DNA from: Candidatus Jorgensenbacteria bacterium
GTDB lineage: Bacteria; Patescibacteriota; Minisyncoccia; UBA6257; GWB1-50-10
Direction: 5' to 3'
Assembly (NCBI GenBank): GCA_011050075.1
Contig: DRGK01000003.1
Span: forward strand, 1-46,758
DNA: 46,758 nucleotides
Made by a program: the position numbers and the translations under genes
Shown here: positions 9,048 through 17,748 of the stretch, piece after piece
Layout: every line of letters starts with the position of its first letter
Numbering within the stretch: the first letter of the stretch is position 1
Notes under the pieces: model-generated
The model's input: only the letters and a program-made list of their open reading frames with translations
Database searches by the model: none
Told to the model about the DNA's origin: nothing

Positions 9048-10115
9048 ATGTCAAAGAAAGATATTAAAAAAGTATTTGTTGGTCTATCGGGTGGCGTGGA
9101 TAGTTCCGTCGCGGCGCTTTTGTTGCAAAAAGAAGGGTATGATGTTACCGGTATTTTTATACATTCCTATAATGTGGATGGTTGTGCTGAGCGTGATGCG
9201 GACGATGCACGTCGCGTAGCCGCGCAGCTTGATATTCCATTCTACACATTTGATTTTGAGAAAGAGTACTGGGAACGTGTCGTGCAGTATATGATTGACG
9301 GGTACGCACGGGGCATTACGCCAAATCCTGACATAATGTGCAACAAGGAGATAAAGTTTGGGCTGTTCTTGAAGAAAGCACTTGAAATGGGAGTGGACTA
9401 TATTGCTACTGGACACTACATACGCTTACAAAATAAACGGTTATATATTGCTAAAGATAAGAATAAGGATCAAAGCTATTTCCTCTGGACGCTCACACAA
9501 GAACAATTGCAGTACTGTCTCTTTCCAGTAGGGGACTATTTGAAGTCAGAGGTGCGTGATATTGCACGTGAAGCAAGGTTACTGACCGCAGAAAAGAAAG
9601 ATTCTCAAGGTATTTGTTTTTTAGGACAGATACATCTGCGCAACTTTCTGCAAAAATATATTCCGTTGCGTAGTGGTAGTGTGGTGAATGAGAATGGAGA
9701 AAATATAGGCACACATGAGGGTGTCCAATTTTATACCATTGGACAGAGGCACATAGGTGTTGGTAATTTAGCGCACGGTAGCAGTTCTCAACCCCACTAT
9801 GTGGTGGGGAAAGATATACATACAAACACGCTTACGGTTGCCGAAGGCCGTGATAGTGTAATAGCGTCTAAAAAAGAAATTGAACTCCGTGATGTGAGTT
9901 TTGTGAATCGGGAATTTGAAATTGAGAATAAAGAAATTCCCATTATGGCACGAATACGATATAGACAACCACTTGCGAAAGCGGTTATCTATAGCTCAAC
10001 ACCTGGCACCTATAATCTAACCTTTGAAGAGTCTCAAAAGTTTGTCGCTCCCGGCCAGTCAGCAGTGTTTTACTCAAGAGAGGGAGAGTTGCTCGGCGGT
10101 GGTATCATCGTCTAG
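9048..10115 (+). CDS. mnmA: tRNA 2-thiouridylase MnmA
   Basis: SGGVDSSV PP-loop, TPNPDIMCN, ATGHY, KDQSYFL, DSQGICF, YTIGQR, APGQSAV. Confidence 0.96.
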   Translation: MSKKDIKKVFVGLSGGVDSSVAALLLQKEGYDVTGIFIHSYNVDGCAERDADDARRVAAQLDIPFYTFDFEKEYWERVVQYMIDGYARGITPNPDIMCNKEIKFGLFLKKALEMGVDYIATGHYIRLQNKRLYIAKDKNKDQSYFLWTLTQEQLQYCLFPVGDYLKSEVRDIAREARLLTAEKKDSQGICFLGQIHLRNFLQKYIPLRSGSVVNENGENIGTHEGVQFYTIGQRHIGVGNLAHGSSSQPHYVVGKDIHTNTLTVAEGRDSVIASKKEIELRDVSFVNREFEIENKEIPIMARIRYRQPLAKAVIYSSTPGTYNLTFEESQKFVAPGQSAVFYSREGELLGGGIIV

Positions 10116-10139
10116 TACGGCATATGGTAGAGTAACATA

Positions 10140-11570
10140 GTGCAGCCGTACCAGATCTTTTTCTTTGCATCATTGTCCTTTCTTGTCGGGGTACTTTTCA
10201 AGAGTATTGGACTCGGTGCCGGTATTGTATACGGTACCCTCTTGCTCGCTGCCGTTTTTCTACTTACATACTTCATAAACCACAGAAGGCAGTTTCTGTG
10301 GTTCTGTGCGTTAACGGTACTCGTGCCCGTTGGCGCTGTGTATTTTGAAGCATATGATGTTGCGGTACGTACGCAACATATAGTATTTGACACACCGGAA
10401 AAGTTTCTTGCGACTGTGGTTTCTAATCCAGTAATCCGCGATGCGGTTCAAGAGTTTGCCGTGCAGCTGCGACCGCCATATGAAGGGGGTGTATTAATAA
10501 AATCTGCACGTTATCCGCAGGTAGCATATGGAGATGTGTTAGAAATAACCGGTACCATTACACGTCCTGCGTACGAACGCTATGCAGGATATCTCGCATC
10601 AAAGAAGATATCCGGAATAGCACGTTTCCCAAGGATTGAGGTTACTGAAGATAACGTCGGTTTACCGCTAAAGACGCAGTTATATGAGATACGGAATAGA
10701 GCCCAATATACCTTTGAACGAATACTTGCACCGCGTGAAGCGGCGTTTTTGAATGGTATAACGTTTGGCGGGTACGGTGGATTCAGTAAAGATTTCCGGG
10801 AAGCAATGAGCAGGAGCGGCACGACGCATTTAGTTGCGCTCTCCGGATACAATATTAGCATCATTATTTGGGCTGCAATGGGAGTGTTTCTCACCATCTT
10901 TTCACGCCGCGCCTCGTGGATACTGACAGTACTGTTAATTATTGGATTTGTAGTGATGACCGGAGCTGAAGCGTCGGTGGTACGCGCCGCAATTATGGGT
11001 TCGTTGGTCATTGTGGCTCGGGGTATTGGTAGGACGTACGATATGCGGAACGCGGTGATATTAGCAGCACTCCTCATGGTGCTCGTCAACCCGCACGTGT
11101 TGGTATTTGATGTTGGGTTTCAGCTCTCGTTCTTGGCATTATTAGGTATCGTGTATCTTAAACCGGCATTACAAAAAGTTATGCATGCACGAGAGGAAGA
11201 AGGATTTTTGTCTTGGCGTGATAATTTGTACACCACAACGTCTGCACAACTAGCGGTGGCACCACTTCTCATTACCCAGTTTGGCCAGTTTTCACTGACC
11301 GCGCTTTTAGCAAACGTTGCGATATTAGAACTCATTCCGGTGACTATGGCAGTAGGTTTTGTGATGGCGGCCGTCGCACTCGTTTCGATCACTCTTGCGA
11401 CCGTAATTGGTTGGTTTGTGTATGTTCTCGTCCATATAGAAGTTTTGTTGATACAGTTTTTCAGTATGCTCTACGTACCGCTGCGACCATCTTTAAGTTT
11501 AGGTAGTGTCATAATGTACTATATATTCATTGTAGGTATTTTATGGTGGGTTAACCGTAAAAGAATTTAG
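10140..11570 (+). CDS. comEC: ComEC/Rec2 competence membrane domain protein
   Basis: GTTHLVALSGYNI, ASVVRAAIM and GFQLSF motifs; many TM segments. Confidence 0.9.
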   Translation: MQPYQIFFFASLSFLVGVLFKSIGLGAGIVYGTLLLAAVFLLTYFINHRRQFLWFCALTVLVPVGAVYFEAYDVAVRTQHIVFDTPEKFLATVVSNPVIRDAVQEFAVQLRPPYEGGVLIKSARYPQVAYGDVLEITGTITRPAYERYAGYLASKKISGIARFPRIEVTEDNVGLPLKTQLYEIRNRAQYTFERILAPREAAFLNGITFGGYGGFSKDFREAMSRSGTTHLVALSGYNISIIIWAAMGVFLTIFSRRASWILTVLLIIGFVVMTGAEASVVRAAIMGSLVIVARGIGRTYDMRNAVILAALLMVLVNPHVLVFDVGFQLSFLALLGIVYLKPALQKVMHAREEEGFLSWRDNLYTTTSAQLAVAPLLITQFGQFSLTALLANVAILELIPVTMAVGFVMAAVALVSITLATVIGWFVYVLVHIEVLLIQFFSMLYVPLRPSLSLGSVIMYYIFIVGILWWVNRKRI

Positions 11571-11576
11571 AGCACC

Positions 11577-12446
11577 ATGTTTGATAGATTGCTGGAAAAG
11601 GTAGGAAAGAATAAAGTTATCGTTGTCGTCGCGGCACTAGCGATATTGGACGTGTTGGTGTATATTCACCTCCTTGCTCGCAATCCAAATATTACTACGT
11701 ACTTTCTGGATGTAGGGCAAGGAGATAGTGCACTCGTTCGATTAGAAGGTACTGTAGATGTGTTGATAGATGGTGGACCGCCAAATAATCGCGTGGTTCG
11801 CGCTCTGGGAGATGTGTTGCCGTTTATTGACCGATACATTGATGTCGTACTCATTACGCATGTACAGTCGGACCATATAGGAGGATTGGTAGAGGTGTTG
11901 CGCAGATATAATGTTGGTGTAGTGCTTTGGAACGGAGTAGGAGCGGAGACAGCAGTATTTCAGGAACTGTATCGTATCATACAAGAACGCGACATACCGT
12001 TTATTGTTGTCGGAGTGGGGGACACGCTTTGTTACCGATCTTCGTGTTTTATAGTTCTTGCTCCAAGTGAAATGCTCAAGAGCGCATCTGATATCAATAA
12101 TACATCGGTTGTGGTGCTGCTCAAAAATCAAGATATTTCATTTCTTTTTACGGGCGATATCAGTACTCGTGTTGAGCGATTATTGCGTGAACAATATTAC
12201 TTGAGTGTTGATGTGCTCAAGGTGGCACATCACGGTTCTCGGTATAGTTCCTCAGAAGCATTTCTCTCTGCCATTCGACCAAAAGTAGCGGTTATTAGTG
12301 TTGGTAGAAACAGTTATGGACACCCTACATCGGAAACGCTCAAGCGGTTGGCAAACGTAGGTGCGCAGGTACTGAGGACTGATATGCACGGTACGGTGCG
12401 TATCGTGCTGGATAAACAAACACTACATATTTCAAAAGGTAGATGA
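11577..12446 (+). CDS. ComEC-associated metallo-beta-lactamase-fold protein
   Basis: FLDVGQGD, THVQSDHIGG, FTGD, KVAHHGS and NSYGHP motifs; N-terminal TM. Confidence 0.9.
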   Translation: MFDRLLEKVGKNKVIVVVAALAILDVLVYIHLLARNPNITTYFLDVGQGDSALVRLEGTVDVLIDGGPPNNRVVRALGDVLPFIDRYIDVVLITHVQSDHIGGLVEVLRRYNVGVVLWNGVGAETAVFQELYRIIQERDIPFIVVGVGDTLCYRSSCFIVLAPSEMLKSASDINNTSVVVLLKNQDISFLFTGDISTRVERLLREQYYLSVDVLKVAHHGSRYSSSEAFLSAIRPKVAVISVGRNSYGHPTSETLKRLANVGAQVLRTDMHGTVRIVLDKQTLHISKGR

Positions 12447-12465
12447 AGTAATATAGAATAGGAGT

Positions 12466-13875
12466 ATGAGAACTCTTTCTAAGGAAATTCTTGAATGGGA
12501 AGGAAAGGAGGTTGAGATGGCCGGTTGGGTTGCGGGTCGTCGTGACCACGGCAAGATTATTTTTGTCGACCTGCGTGATCGCAGCGGTATTACGCAGCTT
12601 GTATTTACACCAAAAGACAAAGATATATATGAGACTGGAAACACACTTCGTTCTGAGTGGGTGATTCGTGTAAAAGGCTTGGTGCAGCGGCGTCCATCCG
12701 GTATGGAAAATAATGACCTACCAACCGGTAAGCACGAGATACAAGTCACGCGTTTGGAGGTACTGGCACAGTCGGAAACACCGCCCTTTTCTCTCGATAC
12801 CGATGGAAATGATGCAGGTGAGGAAATGAGGATGCAGTACCGTTACCTTGATATTCGGAGGCCGCGTCTCACAAATAATCTACGGATGCGTCATTTAGTA
12901 CAGCAGTATGTGCGTGAGTTTCTTTCTGCTCGGGACTTTGTGGAGGTTGAAACGCCGATTCTGGGAAAATCAACACCTGAAGGTGCTCGTGATTATTTAG
13001 TTCCCTCGCGACTGCGGCCGGGCGCATTCTATGCATTACCGCAGTCGCCGCAACAGTACAAACAACTACTGATGGTTGCTGGGATTGAGCGGTACTTTCA
13101 GATAGTACGGTGTTTTCGCGATGAAGATACGCGTGGAGATCGCCAACCTGAATTTACGCAACTCGATATTGAGATGAGTTTTATTGAACAGCAGGACATA
13201 CTAGACCTTGCTGAAGAAATGCTTATCGGATTGGTGCGCGCGTTGTACCCAGACGTAATACTTACTCTGGACAAAAATGGACGTATGCCGCGCCTAACGT
13301 ACCGGGAAGCTATGGATACATATAAAACTGATCGTCCTGATCTTCGAAAAAATACCGAAGACCCAAAAGAACTTGCGTTCGGTATCATTGTAGACTTCCC
13401 TGCGTTTGAGTGGAAAGAACAGGAAAAACGGTGGGATGCGGTGCATCATCCATTCACCATGCCACAGGTGTCGGATGTAGGAGAATTTAATGAGCAGTTT
13501 GAAAAAGATCCGGGTCAGATAATGGCATACCAGTATGACATTGTATTGAACGGATATGAGATTGCTGGCGGTTCCATTCGTATTCACGAATCGGAACTAC
13601 TCACTCGTATTTTTGAGGTGATGGGGAATAAGCGAAAAGATATTGAGGAAAAATTTGGTCACCTCTTGAAAGCATTTCAGTACGGTGTTCCACCGCATGG
13701 TGGTATTGCGTTTGGATTTGACCGTTTGATGATGGTGTTGCAGAATGAACCGAGTATACGAGAAGTTATTGCGTTTCCGAAAACGGGAGACGGGAGAGAT
13801 CTTATGATGGGAGCGCCGAGTGAAGTAGATGCAGAACAGTTGAAGGAACTACACATAAAAGTTGATAAGGAGTAA
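12466..13875 (+). CDS. aspS: Aspartyl-tRNA synthetase (short, no GAD insert; probably non-discriminating)
   Basis: RRDHG, STPEGARDY, LPQSPQ, CFRDED.R.DRQPEFTQLD, PPHGGIAFGFDR, IAFPKT. Confidence 0.95.
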   Translation: MRTLSKEILEWEGKEVEMAGWVAGRRDHGKIIFVDLRDRSGITQLVFTPKDKDIYETGNTLRSEWVIRVKGLVQRRPSGMENNDLPTGKHEIQVTRLEVLAQSETPPFSLDTDGNDAGEEMRMQYRYLDIRRPRLTNNLRMRHLVQQYVREFLSARDFVEVETPILGKSTPEGARDYLVPSRLRPGAFYALPQSPQQYKQLLMVAGIERYFQIVRCFRDEDTRGDRQPEFTQLDIEMSFIEQQDILDLAEEMLIGLVRALYPDVILTLDKNGRMPRLTYREAMDTYKTDRPDLRKNTEDPKELAFGIIVDFPAFEWKEQEKRWDAVHHPFTMPQVSDVGEFNEQFEKDPGQIMAYQYDIVLNGYEIAGGSIRIHESELLTRIFEVMGNKRKDIEEKFGHLLKAFQYGVPPHGGIAFGFDRLMMVLQNEPSIREVIAFPKTGDGRDLMMGAPSEVDAEQLKELHIKVDKE

Positions 13876-13891
13876 CTGGTTATAAAAACAT

Positions 13892-14473
13892 ATGCATCCA
13901 AAAGAAGAAAGAACGTTTTTAATGGTTAAGCCGGACGGTGTTCGGAAGGGGCTTATTGGTGAGATTATCAAGCGCGTTGAGCAGCGTGACCTTAAAGTGA
14001 TTGCACTGAAAATGTTTCAGCCGACGCGTGAAGATATTGATAATCACTATCCAAAAGACGAAAAGTGGATTACGCGCCTTGGAGAAAAGACATTGGATAC
14101 GTACCGAACGTATGGGTATGACCCGGTTGAAGAAGTAGGTACGGACGATCCAATGAAAATCGGCAAGCAAGTGCGCGGTTGGGTGATTGATTACATGACC
14201 TCTGCTCCGCTGGTGAAGATGGTCATACAGGGACTGCACGCTGTGGATATGGTGCGTAAGATTGTGGGACCAACTATGCCAGCAAAAGCAGAAATGGGTA
14301 CGATTCGTGGTGATTTTTCCGTTGACTCAGCAATACTAGGTAACACCGAAAAACGGGCGATCATGAATCTAGTACACGCCTCGGAAACACCTAAAGAGGC
14401 AGAGCACGAGATTGCGTACTGGTTTAAGAAAGATGAGATGCATAAATATAAACGGTTTGGTGTAGACGAATAG
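13892..14473 (+). CDS. ndk: Nucleoside diphosphate kinase
   Basis: ERTFLMVKPDGV, GTIRGDF and NLVHASE motifs. Confidence 0.94.
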   Translation: MHPKEERTFLMVKPDGVRKGLIGEIIKRVEQRDLKVIALKMFQPTREDIDNHYPKDEKWITRLGEKTLDTYRTYGYDPVEEVGTDDPMKIGKQVRGWVIDYMTSAPLVKMVIQGLHAVDMVRKIVGPTMPAKAEMGTIRGDFSVDSAILGNTEKRAIMNLVHASETPKEAEHEIAYWFKKDEMHKYKRFGVDE

Positions 14474-14485
14474 GGGTTGGTAATA

Positions 14486-14494
14486 TGTTATACT
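14486..14494 (+). promoter_or_regulatory. Extended -10 (TGtTATACT) for the candidate ncRNA
   Basis: Places +1 at about 14501, the first base of the long hairpin. Confidence 0.65.
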
Positions 14495-14500
14495 GTATGC

Positions 14501-14641
14501 AGATCCCGCTTTTTTAGATTCCGGGTCGAATGAATTACAAAGGGATTTCAATAGTACACTAGTTTGCTGATTCGTTCGGGAACTAGTCGTTGAGAAAACC
14601 CACTTGACTCTCAGCCGGAATCCTTGGAGGCGGGATTTTTT
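14501..14641 (+). ncRNA. Candidate 6S RNA (compact, ~140 nt rod with central bubble)
   Basis: Nested pairings atcccgc/gcgggat, gattccgg/ccggaatc, ggg..tcaa/ttga..ccc and actagtt/aactagt; central bubble; own promoter; 3' T-tract. Confidence 0.6.
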
Positions 14642-14674
14642 ATTTTTTATGGGTCGCGGTGTACAATAGAATCA

Positions 14675-16342
14675 ATGCCTAAGAAAATTTTCATTGGTGT
14701 TGCATGGCCGTACGTAAATGGAGATATCCATATCGGTCATCTGGCAGGGTATTTATTGCCGGCCGATATTTTTGCGCGCTTTCATCGGTATATTGGCAAT
14801 GACGTACTCATGGCTTCGGGTTCTGATTGTTTTGGCACTCCCATTACACTTGAGGCGGAAAAGCGTGGTGTTGCTCCGGAGGCAATAGTTGAGGAATATC
14901 ATAAAAAGCATGTTGAGTTATTCAAAAAGCTCCATATTAGTTTTGACATCTTTACAAAGACCACTACGGACAATCATATTCGTATTGCACAAGATTTTTT
15001 TCTCAAATTTTTAGAAAAAGGATATATATTTAAAAAAACTGTTGAGCAATATTACGATTCCAAAAGTGATAGATTTCTTCCCGACAGGTATATTGAGGGA
15101 GAATGTCCTTATTGCGGATACAAAGAGGCGCGTAGTGACCAATGTGACAACTGCAGCAAAGTGCTTGACCAGGGTGAACTTAAGAACCCAAAGAGCAAGG
15201 TAACGGGAAGCGCTCTTCAGATGAAGGAGAGCGAACATTACTTTTTTGACCTTGCAAAGATTGAGCCATTTTTGAAAAGCTATGTTAAGAGTAAGAAAAG
15301 CGAATGGAAAGACTGGGTGTATAAAGAGACGGAGGGCTGGTTAACACATGGGTTAAAGCCACGGGCGTTCACAAGAGATCTTGAGTGGGGCGTGCCCTTG
15401 CCTATAGATCAAATACCGGAAGATGACCGCATAGAAGGAATTGAGAAGAAGAGATTTTATGTCTGGTGGGAGGCGGTTATGGGATATTATTCTGCATCCA
15501 TTGAGTGGTCTGAGCGTACTGGTAAGGACTGGAAAGAGTTTTGGCTTAATGATGATGCGTTACATGCCTATTTTATGGGAAAGGATAATCTGCCGTTTCA
15601 TACTATGTTCTGGCCCGGAGAACTGAATGTGTTTAATGAGAAACTACATGTACCGGACCTGCCTGTCATAAATCAATACCTCACCTTTAAGGGCAAGCAA
15701 TTCTCAAAAAGCAGGGGAGTCACCGTTGATTCGGCATATATTGTAGATACGTATGGTCTTGACACGGTTCGGTTTTATCTTTCGCTTGTTATGCCAGAGT
15801 ATGCCGATACGAGTTTCAACTGGGACGACTTTAGAGAACGGCATAATGGAGTTCTCATTGGTAATCTTGGGAATTTTATTAACCGTACGTTAGTTTTGTC
15901 AGAAAACCTGGATTTTGGAGATAGTTGGGAAATTAAAGAAAACATCGTTTCCGATGTTGCGCATATCGTAGGGGAGGCGAAGCAGAATCTTGCAAAACCG
16001 GAGTTCAAAAAATATGTGGAATCGATCTTGGAACTCTCTGATTTTGGGAACAAGTATCTCAGCAATGAGAAACCGTGGATGGTGGAGGATGAAGAACAGA
16101 AGAAAGAAATTTTACGCAATGCCTTGTTTATAATAGTTGCGATATTACTTGTTATGAAACCGTTATTTATTGATGCGACAGAAAAACTTGAGAATATGTT
16201 GGGAATCTCGTTTGATGAATGGTCAAAAGAAGAAGCGGACGCAATAAAAAAAGCTTTGCTAAATATAAAGATAAAAAACCCAAAGCCACTCTTTATAAAG
16301 ATTGAAGAGGAGAGTATCAAGAAAGAGAATGGGCGGGATTAG
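14675..16342 (+). CDS. metG: Methionyl-tRNA synthetase
   Basis: AWPYVNGDIHIGH, Zn knuckle CPYC..CDNC, FMGKDN..FH and FSKS; no C-terminal OB domain. Start is ATG 14675. Confidence 0.95.
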   Translation: MPKKIFIGVAWPYVNGDIHIGHLAGYLLPADIFARFHRYIGNDVLMASGSDCFGTPITLEAEKRGVAPEAIVEEYHKKHVELFKKLHISFDIFTKTTTDNHIRIAQDFFLKFLEKGYIFKKTVEQYYDSKSDRFLPDRYIEGECPYCGYKEARSDQCDNCSKVLDQGELKNPKSKVTGSALQMKESEHYFFDLAKIEPFLKSYVKSKKSEWKDWVYKETEGWLTHGLKPRAFTRDLEWGVPLPIDQIPEDDRIEGIEKKRFYVWWEAVMGYYSASIEWSERTGKDWKEFWLNDDALHAYFMGKDNLPFHTMFWPGELNVFNEKLHVPDLPVINQYLTFKGKQFSKSRGVTVDSAYIVDTYGLDTVRFYLSLVMPEYADTSFNWDDFRERHNGVLIGNLGNFINRTLVLSENLDFGDSWEIKENIVSDVAHIVGEAKQNLAKPEFKKYVESILELSDFGNKYLSNEKPWMVEDEEQKKEILRNALFIIVAILLVMKPLFIDATEKLENMLGISFDEWSKEEADAIKKALLNIKIKNPKPLFIKIEEESIKKENGRD

Positions 16343-16403
16343 TATAGTGGCAGCACACTTGCTTCCCAAGCAAGAAACACGGGTTCGATTCCCGTATCCC
16401 GCA
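16333..16403 (+). tRNA. tRNA-Gly (anticodon CCC)
   Basis: Acceptor GCGGGAT/ATCCCGC, anticodon arm CTTGC-TTCCCAA-GCAAG, T-arm ACGGG-TTCGATT-CCCGT. CCA is not encoded. Confidence 0.93.
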
Positions 16404-16430
16404 CAGAAAAACAGCAAAATTTTTATGGGT

Positions 16431-16495
16431 CCAAGTTTGAAACGGGGGTTCCCTGCCTGCCGGCAGGCAGGGATTTCCGTATCCTGCACAGAAAA
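16431..16495 (+). repeat. Degenerate copy of the tRNA-Gly 3' half, interrupted by a 20-bp palindrome
   Basis: 38/45 identity to 16366-16410 once cctgcctgccggcaggcagg (16452-16471) is removed. Confidence 0.85.
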
Positions 16496-16569
16496 CTTAA
16501 GTGTTTGTGTTTGTTGTCATGTGAAGTCATACAAGTATCTATTGCTACCAAAACTGGATAAATTGACTG

Positions 16570-16599
16570 TTGCGAAGGATACCCCAATAGGGTATCCTT
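16570..16599 (+). promoter_or_regulatory. Sigma70-type promoter overlapped by a CsoR-like operator
   Basis: TTGCGA-17-TATCCT overlapping the inverted repeat aaggataccc-caata-gggtatcctt; ATG at 16605. Confidence 0.5.
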
Positions 16600-16752
16600 T
16601 TTGTATGATAAAAAAGATAGTGAGTTGAGTATAAGAAACTGTGGGTCGATAAGAAATCAAAAAACTTTTTTAAAAAAATTCTACAAAAGAAAATAAAAAA
16701 AGCTCTAATTGGAAAAAAGAGGAGAAAAATTAAAAAGGCTTCTCCTTTAGTA

Positions 16753-17748
16753 TTGTCCAAACTATTAGAAAATCCGGTAATTTCGCCGGACATAAAAAAT
16801 GACTGGGAGTCCTGGCAAACTTTTAATCCAGGAGCTATTTTACTTGAAGATAAAGTTCATTTTATCTATCGAGCTATTGGAGAAGAGGGTATTTCGCGAT
16901 TAGGATATGCTGTTTCGGATGATGGATTTAAAATTGATGAGCGGTTATCTTATTCTGTGTATGAACATCACATTGCGCACCCGTCATTTAACTACTATTC
17001 TTTTGCTTCAGGAGGGAGTTATGGAGGAAGTGAAGATCCGCGTGTAGTTCGGGTAGGTGAAGAAGATGTTCTTTATATGATCTATACCGCCTGTGATGAG
17101 GGATTAAGAGTAGCATTAACCTCAATAAAAATTAAAGATTTCTTGGAGAAGAAATGGAAATGGAAGCCCGTGACATTAATTTCGCCACCGGGTGAAGTTC
17201 ATAAAAATTGGGTCATTTTTCCAGAAAAGATACGTGGTCAGTATGTTATTCTTCATAGTATCACACCCAAAGTAACCGTATCTTATGTTGATAATTTAGA
17301 GTTTGGTGATGGTGAGTATATTAGTAGCTTTCATGATTCACAAACACGGAAGAGTTGCTGGGACACCTGGGTAAGAGGTGTGGGGCCTCCACCTATCAAA
17401 ACGGAGAAAGGTTGGCTGTTATTTTATCATGCCATTGATAAGCGTGATCCCGGAAAATATAAAGTTGGCGCGATGCTTCTGGATATTAACGATCCAACCA
17501 AAGTACTACACAGATCGAAAGAACCCATTTTAGAACCGAAAGAGCAGTATGAAAACAATGGTTTTAAAGCAGGTATTGTGTATGCTTCGGGAGCAGTAGT
17601 AAAAGACGGGAAGATATTTGTCTATTATGGGAGTGCCGACAATTTTGTTTCTGTGGCTTATGCTGATTTGAAAAAATTTCTGGACGCACTGGAGAAAGAA
17701 ATTAAACCAGAACTTAAACGAAAGGTTATAAAAAAGAAAGTTAAATGA
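16753..17748 (+). CDS. GH130-like glycosidase/phosphorylase (single domain; start uncertain)
   Basis: NPVISP, FNPGA, GSEDPRV, HKNW, GPPPIKT..GWLLFYH and YYGSAD. Frame is open back to 16624 without an ATG. Confidence 0.85.
   Translation: MSKLLENPVISPDIKNDWESWQTFNPGAILLEDKVHFIYRAIGEEGISRLGYAVSDDGFKIDERLSYSVYEHHIAHPSFNYYSFASGGSYGGSEDPRVVRVGEEDVLYMIYTACDEGLRVALTSIKIKDFLEKKWKWKPVTLISPPGEVHKNWVIFPEKIRGQYVILHSITPKVTVSYVDNLEFGDGEYISSFHDSQTRKSCWDTWVRGVGPPPIKTEKGWLLFYHAIDKRDPGKYKVGAMLLDINDPTKVLHRSKEPILEPKEQYENNGFKAGIVYASGAVVKDGKIFVYYGSADNFVSVAYADLKKFLDALEKEIKPELKRKVIKKKVK

Noticed and set aside
14501-14641. SRP RNA, or a T-box/SAM riboswitch for metG
   Set aside because: No SRP GNRA/AGCAG motif, no T-box TGGNACC and no SAM-I core; metG has its own -10 downstream.
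14624-14674. ORF-track N-terminal extensions (metG 14624; also 1540, 9043, 19821, 26448, 28833, 30820)
   Set aside because: They overlap upstream features or lack family-like sequence; downstream ATGs fit family N-termini, promoters and stop/start coupling.
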